A DNA stretch of 64,000 bases. Origin: a virus (lineage: Duplodnaviria > Caudoviricetes). Location of the stretch: positions 1 to 64,000 of the IMG/VR virus record IMGVR_UViG_3300021255_001258; one strand, written 5' to 3'. A program made the position numbers and the translations under genes. Each line of letters opens with the position of its first letter. Position 1 is the stretch's first letter. Positions 22,006 through 32,529 of the stretch are shown piece by piece. The notes under the pieces are model-generated. The model was given only the letters and a program-made list of their open reading frames with translations. It ran no database searches and was not told the origin of the DNA.

Positions 22006-22623
22006 ATGAAAAATTTACTTAAAGGTATTTGGGCAGGAATCATGATTGCCATAGGCTGTGCGGTATTCCTGATGTGCAATGACAAAATTGTAGGAAGTTT
22101 CCTATTTTCGATAGGGTTGATGTCGGTGCTTGTTTTCGGCTTCAATCTGTATACAGGGAAGGTGTGCGACTGGCAGAATTATAAGAAGCCGCTTTCCTTG
22201 TTAACCACTTGGTTCTACAACCTACTAGGCGCGGTTGGTCTTGGTATTCTGCTCAGCGGTCACTCGGCAATGGCTAAATCCGCCAGACTGCTGGTAGATA
22301 CCAAACTAGCCAAACCATGGGGAGTAGTTTACATAGATGCTCTGCTGTGCGGTGTTTTTATTGGAATAGCCGTTCATGGTTACAGAAAATTTGCCGGAAG
22401 CAGTGGAGGGCTTCTGGCGGTTGTTTTGGGCGTGATGGGATTCATTCTGAGCGGATCCGAACATGTAATTGCAGATATGGCTTACATTGCCATTGCTCAA
22501 TCCGGCGAACTGAGTAAAAATCTACTATTCGTGCTTATGGTGACGCTTGGAAACACCGTTGGCGGAGCGGCATTTGGCTTGTCGTTAGCAGCAATTGATA
22601 AATTAGAAAGGGTAAAAAAATGA
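22006..22623 (+). CDS. formate/nitrite transporter (FNT) family channel
   Basis: AGIMIAIG, LFSIGL..FNLYTGK, NLLG, FILSGSEHVIADM, TLGNTVGG; about 6 TM helices. Confidence 0.85.
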   Translation: MKNLLKGIWAGIMIAIGCAVFLMCNDKIVGSFLFSIGLMSVLVFGFNLYTGKVCDWQNYKKPLSLLTTWFYNLLGAVGLGILLSGHSAMAKSARLLVDTKLAKPWGVVYIDALLCGVFIGIAVHGYRKFAGSSGGLLAVVLGVMGFILSGSEHVIADMAYIAIAQSGELSKNLLFVLMVTLGNTVGGAAFGLSLAAIDKLERVKK

Positions 22624-23042
22624 GTGATTATAAACAGATTGTGAAACCAGAAGACAAGATTGTTGTAAATGTAGGAAAAATGTTTATGGGAGACATAGTT
22701 GACGAACTCTGTAAGGGTTTATCTGCTGATATTAGCTATGGTGTCTGGTCAATCATGGTAGATAAATATGCAGGAAATTATGCGGACACCGTCAAAACGA
22801 TGGCTAGATGTGCGCCGGATGATACCTGGGACGAGGAGTTTGGTAAAAAACTTGCGGAGCAGCGTTATTATCTGAAGAAGCATGAAAAGATTGCGAAGTA
22901 TGCACATAAGATGCGCGAAAGATTCCTGGCTCTGGCAGACCGTATGGGCGAAGTGGAGGTCGAGCATGGAGTTAAAGTGAATCGAATCAAGGCAGATATT
23001 GATAATTATTTCCATGGGAAGGGAGAGAAACATGAAAATTAA
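22620..23042 (+). CDS. hypothetical phage protein
   Basis: ARCAPDDTWDEEFGKKLA..R motif, common in phage proteins. Confidence 0.55.
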   Translation: MSDYKQIVKPEDKIVVNVGKMFMGDIVDELCKGLSADISYGVWSIMVDKYAGNYADTVKTMARCAPDDTWDEEFGKKLAEQRYYLKKHEKIAKYAHKMRERFLALADRMGEVEVEHGVKVNRIKADIDNYFHGKGEKHEN

Positions 23043-23262
23043 TTTCATTGACGATCTCGACCAGTTCTTTAAGGTGGTGGACTCATGTACCGGACAGGTA
23101 CATGTGGTCTCCCCGGAAGGAGACGATATTGTATTAAGCAGCAAGCTTAGTCGGTTTGTGCTTAGTACAATTCCGCACGATGAACTGAGAGATTTAAATT
23201 TGGAACTGCGTTGTGAGAACGCAGAGGATACTATGAGGTTTATAAAATTTTTAGTGGGGTGA
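23032..23262 (+). CDS. small HPr-fold-like protein
   Basis: FFKVVDSCTGQVHVVSPEGDDIVLSSKLS pattern; 76 aa. Confidence 0.45.
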   Translation: MKINFIDDLDQFFKVVDSCTGQVHVVSPEGDDIVLSSKLSRFVLSTIPHDELRDLNLELRCENAEDTMRFIKFLVG

Positions 23263-23269
23263 GATATAT

Positions 23270-25813
23270 TTGAAAGTACTTAAGCGTGATGGTCGAAAGG
23301 TTGATTTCGACAAAGCAAAGATTAGAGAATCAGTACAAAAAGCTTTTAATGAAGTTGATGGCGAGATAACGCCTCATGCAAAAGACAAATCGGCAGAAAT
23401 TGCAAGATATGTAGAATCTCTTGACAAAGATATGGATGTGGAAGAAATCCAGAATATTGTCGAAGATAAGCTCATGGCAAGCAACCGCAAAGATGTTGCC
23501 AGAGCTTACATTATCTACAGAAGTACAAGAAGCAGAGTTCGTGAACGCAATAGCGCATGGATGAAAGCTATTAAAGAAAAGATTGCAGCCTCTAATGTAC
23601 AGAATCAGAACGCCAATGTTGATGAATACTCATTTGGTGGTCGTAAAGGTGAGGCCGACGCAGAATTAATGAAAAAGATTGCTCTCGACGATCTTATGTC
23701 TGAGATGAGTAGGAATAATCATTTAAATAATGAAATTTATATTCACGACTTAGACAGCTATGCCGTTGGTATGCATAATTGTTTGAGTGTGCCATTTGAT
23801 AAACTTCTTGCTAATGGCTTTAACACTCGACAGACAGATGTTCGTCCGGCACAAACTGTGAACACGGCATTTCAGCTTGTCGCTGTTATCTTCCAGTTGC
23901 AGTCCTTACAGCAATTCGGTGGTGTTTCTGCAACTCACCTTGATTGGACAATGGTGCCATACGTAAGAAAGAGTTTTGCGAAACATTATAAAGATGGTCT
24001 GAAATATATTGCAAAAATAAAAGAGCCGGTATGGTTTGAAAGCAATATGCCGAATCTTCCAATTGATTCTGTTGAATATAAGGAGTATCCAGAAGTATTG
24101 GAGTATGCAATGGATATGACTGTTAGAGAAACGAATCAAGCTGCGGAAGCCCTTCAACACAATCTCAACACCTTGCAGTCACGGTCTGGGAATCAATTAC
24201 CATTTACGTCAATAAATTATGGTACTTGCATACAGCCAGAGGGGCGTATGGTTACTGAAGCGTTGTTGAAGACATCTCTCAAGGGCAACGGCAAACTTCA
24301 TAAGACTCCAATATTTCCATGTGGAATTTTCCAGTACATGAAAGGTGTTAACAATAAGCCAGGTACTCCAAACTATGACCTTTACAGACTTGCTCTTCAG
24401 TCAACGGCGAAGCGGTTATATCCAAACTATGCAAATGTTGATTGGTCTGGGAACGCCGGATATGACAAAAATGATCCAAAGACATACTTTAGCACCATGG
24501 GTAAGCGCAAACTACAGCTCATGTAAAATCTTTTGAACCTCGCCCGAGGGTGTGGAGATTATTCTCTGCTAACGGTTAGGACTCTATGAGTTGAGACCGT
24601 GAGAAGCCTATTTATAGATAATAGGAACTTGTATCGACTATTCCTGATGAGTGTATGGAAGTAGGGCTGGAGATAGGCACCAGCGATGTTTTAGGAAACG
24701 AAGCATCTGAAAACCGAAGCGGAAGACTGCGGAGAAATCCTGTGAGAACATGGATGAATTAACATCCAGTAGAAGATATAGTCAGTGCCACTGGTGACAG
24801 TGGACAACATGTGTAGAACGGCAAACGGTATGGATATTAACGGTTTTGGGCAGCTTAAAGATGGCCGTGGGAATATTTGTCCTGTAACTATCATTCTTCC
24901 TACTATTGCTATGGAGGCCAAAGAAAAAGTAGACAAAGGACACTATCCTTATTCCTCTCATGCTTATCAAGCTGAATTTTTTAAATTACTTGACAAGAAA
25001 ATTCATGAAGCCAAGGATATGCTCATTGAACGTTTTGAATGGATTTGTTCTCAGTCTCCAAGTTCCGCAAAATTCATGTATGAGAACGGAACTATGGAGG
25101 GTTACATTCCAGAAGAAGGCATTCGTTCTGCTCTCAAGCATGGGACAATTGTAATCGGTCAGCTCGGATTAGCTGAAACGCTTCAGATTTTAATCGGTTG
25201 TGACCATACAACAGAGAAGGGGATGGAACTTGCCAAGAGAATTGAGCAGCTATTTAAAGATAGATGTGCACAATTCAAACAGGAGTATAAATTAAATTTT
25301 GGAGTTTATTATACTCCGGCAGAAAATCTTTGTTACACAGCAATGAAAAAATTCCAGGCAAAATATGGCAAAATTCCGAAAGTTTCTGAGAATGATTACT
25401 TCACCAACAGTATTCATGTTCCAGTATGGGAAAAGGTTAATCCTTTTGAAAAGATTGACATTGAATCCCAGCTTACCGGATACAGTTCCGCTGGATGTAT
25501 AACATATGTGGAACTTCCCGATAGTGCTAAGAATAACATTGATGCACTTGAAGAAATTGTTAACTATGCTATGGATCATGACGTCCCGTACTTTGCGGTT
25601 AATGTCCCCAACGATACTTGCTTAGAGTGTGGTTATACAGATGAAATTGGAGAAACTTGCCCGATGTGCGGTTCTTCAAATATCCAGAGACTTCGTAGAG
25701 TAACAGGATATCTTACTGGCAATTATACCGACGCTTTTAATCTTGGCAAACAGCAAGAGGTTGAAATGAGAACACAGCACACTGGCATCTCCAGTGACAA
25801 ATTGGAGGCGTAA
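23270..25813 (+). CDS. nrdD: anaerobic ribonucleotide reductase; exons 23270-24502 and 24812-25813 (744 aa spliced)
   Basis: N-terminal ATP cone, IYIHDLD, STMG|CRT rejoined across the intron, TPAENL, CxxC..CxxC, RVTGYL glycyl radical motif. Confidence 0.95.
24503..24811 (+). mobile_element. group I self-splicing intron, 309 nt, no ORF
   Basis: 5' exon ends in U and intron ends in G; P1 CAUGGGU/GCUCAUG (24517-23) with U.G wobble; P10 CUACA/UGUAG; P7 GACUA/UAGUC within AAGAUAUAGUC; P9 CCACUG-GUGA-CAGUGG. Confidence 0.93.
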
Positions 25814-25814
25814 T

Positions 25815-26363
25815 ATGAACTATGCGGACTATTACGATTGTGATATCTGCAATGGCAATTCGGTTGGCATGTCACTCTTTGTGAGTGGCTGCCCAATCCA
25901 TTGCAAAGATTGTTTCAACTCCGACATCTGGGATTTTAATTCCGGCAAGGAATGGACTCCAGAAGTTGAGAAGAAATTTATAAAACTTGCAGGTAGAGAT
26001 TATATTAAAAGAATTAGTTTTCTTGGCGGTTCTCCGCTGTGTGATGAGAATGTTGAAGGCGTAGCATCTATCATTGCCAAGATTAGAGAACAATATGGTA
26101 ATACAAAACAGATTTGGGTATATACCGGATATACGTGGGAAAGTATATTTTCAAAAGTTACTCTTGATAATTTTAATAAAAATATTTTGAGTAGCAAACG
26201 TATAGAAGCGGTTATTGATGCAGATGTTCTTGTTGATGGGCCATTTGAATGCGAGAAGAGAGACTTATCTCTTGCATTTAGAGGATCATCAAATCAGCGC
26301 ATTATTGATGTTAAGAAGAGCATTGAAGCTGGAGAAGTAATTCTTTGGAGCAATGAATCATGA
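25815..26363 (+). CDS. nrdG: anaerobic RNR activating enzyme (radical SAM)
   Basis: LFVSGCPIHCKDCFN, WVYTGY, DVLVDGPF, FRGSSNQRII. Confidence 0.95.
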   Translation: MNYADYYDCDICNGNSVGMSLFVSGCPIHCKDCFNSDIWDFNSGKEWTPEVEKKFIKLAGRDYIKRISFLGGSPLCDENVEGVASIIAKIREQYGNTKQIWVYTGYTWESIFSKVTLDNFNKNILSSKRIEAVIDADVLVDGPFECEKRDLSLAFRGSSNQRIIDVKKSIEAGEVILWSNES

Positions 26364-26771
26364 ATAACACCGAACTACTTTATGCTGCTGCATTGGTGTG
26401 TGCCGCAGAAGACATACAAGAAAGAAATAACGAATATACTGTTGAACAAATATTTCAACATTATATTGTTAAAGGCCAGGAAAAATTGTTAGGAGAGTTG
26501 GAAGCAAATGGCAGACAGGATAATTAACGGACAATTTTTATATGCTGTTACAAGTAAAGGAGTAATCGAAATACGAACCCGCACCGTAACCGAGGACTAC
26601 TTTGTAGGTACAGATTTAGAAACGTCTCAGGCTTTGCTGTTTACTTATGACGACTTGGATGAGGCGGTTTTCCGAGACAAGGATGCCGCCTTGTCTGCCT
26701 ATAGGAGGCTTTATGAAGAGAGGACTTGAGTGGTTGCACAAAGTTTATAGGAAAGTTGGAGGAGTTTAAGA

Positions 26772-27275
26772 TTGGACAGAATAGCTAATTTTGAAAAGGT
26801 TTCATTTGAGCAGTTCTGGAAGGATCTCGGATGGAACGAGTATAAAGACCTGGCACAGGAAGGATATGATGAAATCCAGTTGCCGGAAAGAGCAACAGCC
26901 GGAAGTGCAGGATATGATTTTCGTCTTCCTTTTAGTCTGACGCTTGGACCAGGAGAAGAATGTATAATCCAGACCGGAATCCGCTGTCGAATGGACGGAG
27001 GATGGGTCCTTATGGTGTTTCCGCGTAGCGGTCTTGGATTTAAGTATGGTATGCAGCTATTGAACACAGTAGGTATTATAGACAGTGATTTTTATCATGC
27101 CGAAAATGAAGGGCATATCATGGTTAAAATTAAAAACCCATCCGACAAGTTTTTGATTTTAAACGATGGTGACAAATTTTGTCAAGGAGTCTTTTTGCCG
27201 TTTGGAATCACTGATTTTGACAACGCTACGGCAAAACGAACAGGAGGCTTTGGGAGTACAAATGACAATGAATAA
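26772..27275 (+). CDS. dut: trimeric dUTPase
   Basis: SAGYD, PRSGLG, GIIDSDF, QGVF, RTGGFGST. Confidence 0.93.
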   Translation: MDRIANFEKVSFEQFWKDLGWNEYKDLAQEGYDEIQLPERATAGSAGYDFRLPFSLTLGPGEECIIQTGIRCRMDGGWVLMVFPRSGLGFKYGMQLLNTVGIIDSDFYHAENEGHIMVKIKNPSDKFLILNDGDKFCQGVFLPFGITDFDNATAKRTGGFGSTNDNE

Positions 27276-27657
27276 CATACTTGAACCGTCAAGTGATGAG
27301 CTTGTAAAAATGGTTCGTGACAAACTCGATGATATGCAGAAAGATATCGATTACTGGAAAAATAAATGTAAGGCACTGGAAGATGAGCATTGGAAAGATG
27401 AAAAGCTTGTCGAAATGAAAGAGGAACGAGATCTGGCGATTAAAGAAAGACGAGCTGGATTTTATATGACCGAAGAGGAATGGGACGCCATTGGTGCCTG
27501 GAAAAAAACACACATTAAAGAAAAACATAACGGACATTATCACGGCGGGGCAATTGGCGGCACTTACACATATATCTTCACTCCGACAAGCATTGGAACA
27601 ATCGGAGAGATACGATGTTCTTGTGGTGAGAAGTTTTGTTTTAGGGAGTTAGGATAA
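27268..27657 (+). CDS. hypothetical phage protein
   Basis: GAIGGTYTYIFTPTSIGTI..CSCG C-terminal motif. Confidence 0.55.
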   Translation: MNNILEPSSDELVKMVRDKLDDMQKDIDYWKNKCKALEDEHWKDEKLVEMKEERDLAIKERRAGFYMTEEEWDAIGAWKKTHIKEKHNGHYHGGAIGGTYTYIFTPTSIGTIGEIRCSCGEKFCFRELG

Positions 27658-27905
27658 TGACAAAAGTATGCACGATTAAATTATTAAATGATAAAGATGT
27701 TTCCGAAGTTTGCGGAATCATCAATACGTATTCATTTGATGTGGACGCGACATTTGGCAGATATCTGTTAGACGCTAAGTCCATTATGGGTTTATTGACT
27801 CTTGGATTTGGCAAGGATATTGACATTATTGCACATACAGAAGATTTGTCTGAGATTGAGGCACTTTGCCAAAGTCTGGCGAGGTGGAGGAGGGCGACTT
27901 CGTAA
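27657..27905 (+). CDS. HPr-family protein lacking the catalytic His
   Basis: DAKSIMGLLTL (Ser46 motif) present; no GLHARP motif. Confidence 0.75.
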   Translation: MTKVCTIKLLNDKDVSEVCGIINTYSFDVDATFGRYLLDAKSIMGLLTLGFGKDIDIIAHTEDLSEIEALCQSLARWRRATS

Positions 27906-28666
27906 AAAATGGGGTAGCAGAAGCTACCCCTGAAAAAATCGAAGAAATGTTAAGACATCATAAATATGCCATTACACATTGTAAAGATGGAAAATATTAC
28001 ACGTACGTAATAAATCGTGATAAAACACGCAAACAGATTAAACGTAATACGTATGAAGAAATGATATCGGCTTTATTGGATTTCTATAATGAACAATTAA
28101 CATATGAAATGAAAGAAGATATCAATGTTAAAAAAGAAATCAATGTATATGATGTCGTACCAGGAAGATATACTGTTTCTGTTTTTGGTGAAATAAAGGA
28201 TTTAAAAACAAAAGATGTTGTTGAACAGTTTATTAGAAATAATCACGGTAATTACCGTGGACATTACTACGCCAATTTAAAAAGTACAAACGGTCAATAT
28301 GAAGACTATGACGTATCCAAAATAGTAATGGCAGTGTTTAATGGATATCCTCCAGAAGATATGGAGAATCCAACAATTGATCATATCAACAAAGATAGTC
28401 TTGACAATTATTTCCGAAATCTGCGCTGGCTAGAAAGAGACTCGAATGCGGCACTGCGAAATAATATGCAGGATGGAGAGAACAACAGTCAGGCGATACT
28501 GACAAGAGATGATGTCCAACACATCTGTAACTTAATGGTTAAAACAAACCTGAATAACAAAGAAATCGGAGATATGTATGGTGTGTCCAGATGGACAATA
28601 TCAGACATAAGAAACAAGAAAACGTGGAAACACGTATCTATGTTCTTTGAATTTGACCCACGGTGA
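27866..28666 (+). CDS. HNH endonuclease-like protein with C-terminal HTH and integrase-like N-terminus (start uncertain)
   Basis: TIDHINKDSLDN..NLRW HNH motif; GENNSQAILT..EIGDMYGVSRWTISDI HTH. Confidence 0.75.
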   Translation: MPKSGEVEEGDFVKNGVAEATPEKIEEMLRHHKYAITHCKDGKYYTYVINRDKTRKQIKRNTYEEMISALLDFYNEQLTYEMKEDINVKKEINVYDVVPGRYTVSVFGEIKDLKTKDVVEQFIRNNHGNYRGHYYANLKSTNGQYEDYDVSKIVMAVFNGYPPEDMENPTIDHINKDSLDNYFRNLRWLERDSNAALRNNMQDGENNSQAILTRDDVQHICNLMVKTNLNNKEIGDMYGVSRWTISDIRNKKTWKHVSMFFEFDPR

Positions 28667-28677
28667 GGTGATTATAC

Positions 28678-29940
28678 TTGGTGCTGACGGTGCAAGAATT
28701 GCAATCTGCCATGAGCGATGGTATAATTGACTTACAGGACATCAAAGAGCAGATTGAGATGAATGAAAGAAATAAATATCTTGAGATGCACACCCATAAG
28801 ATATGGGAAAACCAGGCGGGTAAGTGGTGTACTTACCTGCCTGATGAAACTAAGCCGGAGGGCAGGATGCTCATTCGGCGTAAAACCAAGAAGGAACTCG
28901 AAAACAGCATAATAAGCTTTTGGAAAGAGAAAGGCGAGAATCCGCTCATAGAGGAGGTATTTAACGAGTGGAATGACAGAAGGCTTTCCAGAGAACAGAT
29001 CAAGCCAAGTACGCATCTTGTCAATACACAGACTTTCAAGAGGTTCTACAAAGAGTTTGGCAAGAGGAAGATAAAAAACGTGGATGAAACTGAATGGGAA
29101 GACTTCCTGTGTGACTGCATCGTTGAGTACAAACTGACAGCAAAAGCGTTTTCAAACCTTAAGGGAATCACGAAAGGATTCTTAAAGAGGGCAAAGAAGC
29201 GCAAGCTTATCTCTATGAATGTCGAACAGTTCTTCATGGAACTGGATGTATCTGACCATGACTTTAAGCTCCGTGTCGTGAATGAAGAAGACGAAGTGTT
29301 CTTTGACGATGAAGTGGACAAGATCATGGGACATATAAGAGAGCATCCAGACTGCCGGAATCTTGGGATCGCCCTTATGTTTGTCACCGGAATACGTGTG
29401 GGTGAACTGGTAGCCTTGAAGCACGAAGACTTCGAAGGTACGACCTTTAAAATCAAAAGGACAGAGACCAAGAAGAAGACTGACGAAGGATTTGTTTATT
29501 ACGTTGACGACTTCCCCAAGACGCCTGCCGGGTACAGAACAATCATTGTTCCTAAAGACCAGAAGTGGATAATCGACAAGCTTCAGGGAATGAATACATG
29601 CAGCGAGTATGTCTTCATTGGGGAGTCAAACAAACGGATGAACACTTTTTCTATCAGAAAACGGCTTTACCGAATTTGCCAGAAAGTCGGGATAAAACCC
29701 AGATCCCCGCATAAGATAAGGAAGACATACGGGTCCATCCTGTTGGACAACGGGCTTGACAACAAGATCATCGAGAGGCAGATGGGACATACTGATATCT
29801 CCTGCACGGAAACTTTTTACCATAAAAACCGTCGCAGAGAGGAGGAAAGACAGCGGATATTTGACAATATCCCTGAATTCAGGGTGAATGGTGACCAAAT
29901 CACCAGAAGTCACCAGAACAAAATGGAGACTTTCCAGTAA
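28678..29940 (+). CDS. int: tyrosine integrase
   Basis: TGIRVGELVAL, PKT, HKIRKTY, MGH, Y catalytic set; adjacent to the att site. Confidence 0.93.
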   Translation: MVLTVQELQSAMSDGIIDLQDIKEQIEMNERNKYLEMHTHKIWENQAGKWCTYLPDETKPEGRMLIRRKTKKELENSIISFWKEKGENPLIEEVFNEWNDRRLSREQIKPSTHLVNTQTFKRFYKEFGKRKIKNVDETEWEDFLCDCIVEYKLTAKAFSNLKGITKGFLKRAKKRKLISMNVEQFFMELDVSDHDFKLRVVNEEDEVFFDDEVDKIMGHIREHPDCRNLGIALMFVTGIRVGELVALKHEDFEGTTFKIKRTETKKKTDEGFVYYVDDFPKTPAGYRTIIVPKDQKWIIDKLQGMNTCSEYVFIGESNKRMNTFSIRKRLYRICQKVGIKPRSPHKIRKTYGSILLDNGLDNKIIERQMGHTDISCTETFYHKNRRREEERQRIFDNIPEFRVNGDQITRSHQNKMETFQ

Positions 29941-30084
29941 AATCAAGGGTTCCGAGACTTGCCTTCTAGGTTCAAATCCTGTTGCCCCGATTTTTTTTAT
30001 GTCTAGTTTTTCCAGTATTTATGCGGCTTTCAAGGCTTTTAGCTAATGCTAACTTTTCGAGCTGATCACCAGTAAGATCACCAG
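29899..30084 (+). other. attP: tRNA 3'-end core flanked by arm-type repeats
   Basis: Core AGGTTCAAATCCTGTTGCCCCGA (29968-29990); TCACCAG at 29900, 29910, 30066, 30078; TTTCCAGTA at 29931 and 30009. Confidence 0.75.
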
Positions 30085-30216
30085 ACGCATTTGTTCTAAG
30101 AAAGGAGAACTTTGATGTCCTGTTTTCAAAATATGATTTGAGAACTGCAATATGAGACCAGTTTGTGCAGTTTTGAGATGATATTTTGAAAATTAATAAA
30201 AATTTAAAAAAATCGT

Positions 30217-30254
30217 AAAAAAAGGGGACACCAATTAAGGTATCCCCTTTTTTT
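30217..30254. terminator. bidirectional intrinsic terminator between the convergent arms
   Basis: A7-GGGGACACC..GGTATCCCC-T7. Confidence 0.85.
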
Positions 30255-30776
30255 ATTTTGTATTGACATTCTGTGCATATCTGCGCATCTCATCATAAAC
30301 GCCCTTCAGCATGATTTTAATAGTCTTCTTCGTAAAAATCACATTCAACGGTGGCGTAACAACCGAATACAACCGTTCTACACACCACCTCATGCGATTC
30401 CTCGGAACCTACTCATCGGCGTTATTAAGCGTTGCCGGAGCAATCTCTAACAACACAATCTTCTGGTGCTGAAAACAGGCAACAATCCCAAGTAGTACAC
30501 ATAGTATCAATAAAACAACTTCGCCAATCCCAATGGTATCACTTCCTCATCATAATATTACATAGGATTCTGGTCTTTAAAGTCATCCGTAACCTCCCAA
30601 GTCTCCATCTCTTTCTCCACAACGGAGTGGACAAACGAGTTTTCCGAGAACTGTGAGTACGCATCAATCAAATCTTTAAGTGCCTCTTTATCCATGCTAC
30701 TTATAGACATTGTGGCATGATGGAAGCGGTAACTCTGTCCAATTCTGTCCTTAAGCCTCGCCGCCCCAGTGCAAAA

Positions 30777-31284
30777 TTATTCACCTAAAACCGCATCAAG
30801 CAGATTCAGGTCATCAAATGTCAGAACAGTGTTGTCAGGAAGCTTCTCAATAAAAGCGTCCATATTGATTCCTCCGTATTCATAAGTATGTTCTTCTCTT
30901 GCAATCTCGTTAAGAGATTCATTTAAAGTGTCAATGACCTTCTTATAATCATCAACATACTCCGGTTTCACTTCTCGTACGCTCTGCATAATCACGTTTC
31001 CTTCTTCGTCCAGTTTCTGGTTACCATTCTCATCTAACTTCGGGCGTTCAACCGTATGAGATTTCTCCTCAGAAAAGAACTCCTCCCGGATCTTCTGGAC
31101 TTCAGAACCCCCTAAACTCTTCAAATTGTTTAACATCAGAACCCATGGCAGATACGGCCTTTTTAAGCGCCCATCTGACCTTGACCCCGATCTCATCAGC
31201 TTTAGCTTTGTTTTCTTCGTTATTAAGCTGTGTGTAAAATCCAACTATGTTAAGCACTTCATTCATTGTAAATGTTTTCTTCAT
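30777..31284 (-). pseudogene. frameshifted paralog of 52698-53192
   Basis: ORF 31102-31284 (MKKTFTMNEVLNIV..FEEFR) continues in another frame (SEVQKIREEFF..LDAVLGE); one extra base in the G5 tract 31108-31112. Confidence 0.75.
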
Positions 31285-31305
31285 ATATAAAACTCCTTTT
31301 AATCA

Positions 31306-32511
31306 TTACTTAGATTCTGATGTATACAGAATCGAATCACTAGCAGTAAGACCAAGCAACTCGTGAATAGTCTTCCATGTCAACACGCCGTTTGCCACGC
31401 AAAGGACCTTGCCGTTCTGAGAAGCCGACACATTAAGCGCCGAGAACATTCCAGACGGCATAAGACCATTTGCAGACGTTGTAGCTGTAGAATAAGTCGT
31501 ATCCTTGGCAGGAATACCAAGAGCGGTAATATCAGCCTTCGTGACCGCAGTAGCGTCGCTGACATGTCCCATAGCGTCTACAGTGACCTTATAAAGGCCA
31601 GAAGGCCTTGCGGTATAAGACGGATGCGTATAAGCATTTGCCCCTGCGTCGATTCCGTTCAATTTACTCTTGTCGGAAGCAGACATAAGCCCATCAGCGG
31701 ATGTTGTTGCGTTTACAAAGTTTATACTCTTATCGGCGCTTCCGTTAAATGTGAATTTATTTGTTCCTTCAGTCGTACCGCTGTTAATTTGCATTGTAAA
31801 TGTATGACCAACCTATGTCGCCGTACCACTAAATGATCCGACAAACGTTGTCCCAGTGAGTGTACCTGTGAGTGTTCCACCTGCTAACGGCAAGAACTTA
31901 TCATCTACATAACTCTTTGTTACCAGATGATTGCTTGCGGTCGGTGCGGCAGATATCACGTTTCCACTTACTGTTACGTCTCCACCCCAGCTTACTGAGA
32001 TGGCATTGCTTCTAGCATTTTCGCCAGTACCATTCCCAATCGAAAATGCGTAATTTGCATCAGGTTGATTATATTTACCAAACGCCACAGCACCTACAGA
32101 AGATGCCGTGACATGTGTTCCAATTGCTACCGAATAATCACAGTCAGCCAGGTTGTTTGCTGTGTCTCCTATCAGGACACTGAGTGATGTGCCACCAGTC
32201 AGCTACTCGTCATTTTCTGTTGACAGCCCACGACCTTCCTCGTCCACATAGAAATAGACGTTTCCAAGCTTTAGTAACTCGCTGTGCGTAATGCCGTCAA
32301 TAGATGACAATAGGCTTTTATCTTCTTTAGATAGAAGACCGTCAGCAGATGTCGTGGCCGGTGCGTATGCTGTACTGAATGTGCTTGATGTACCATCCCT
32401 TTTAGTGACGGTGACGGTGCGATTACTCTCTGTTACGCTGGCGACCGCAGAGGCGTCCTTAAGGTTATACGATTGATTATTAGGCAACTTTAGAACAGAA
32501 AGGTTTGCCAT
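31306..32511 (-). CDS. tail fibre-like protein, 401 aa with TAG=Gln
   Basis: Three same-frame ORFs joined at TAG 32203 and 31813, ending TAA; repeated ADGLMSxxDK motifs, YTHPS. Confidence 0.8.
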
Positions 32512-32529
32512 AAGCGGACACCTCCTTCA

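Noticed and set aside
24785-24811. Separate start for a second nrdD gene, or an intein
   Set aside because: These codons lie within the intron P9 region; splicing restores the conserved motif, and the insert has in-frame stops.
538-29946. Minus-strand ORFs in the left arm and plus-strand ORFs in the right arm (except the RHH gene)
   Set aside because: Antisense shadows of well-supported genes, with no recognisable motifs.
29950-29995. Complete tRNA gene, possibly the amber suppressor
   Set aside because: Only the T arm and 3' acceptor strand are present; there is no matching 5' strand, D arm or anticodon arm. Better explained as an att core.
30255-30770. Several sub-55-aa minus-strand ORFs before the terminator
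   Set aside because: Plausible, but starts are ambiguous and no family was recognised.
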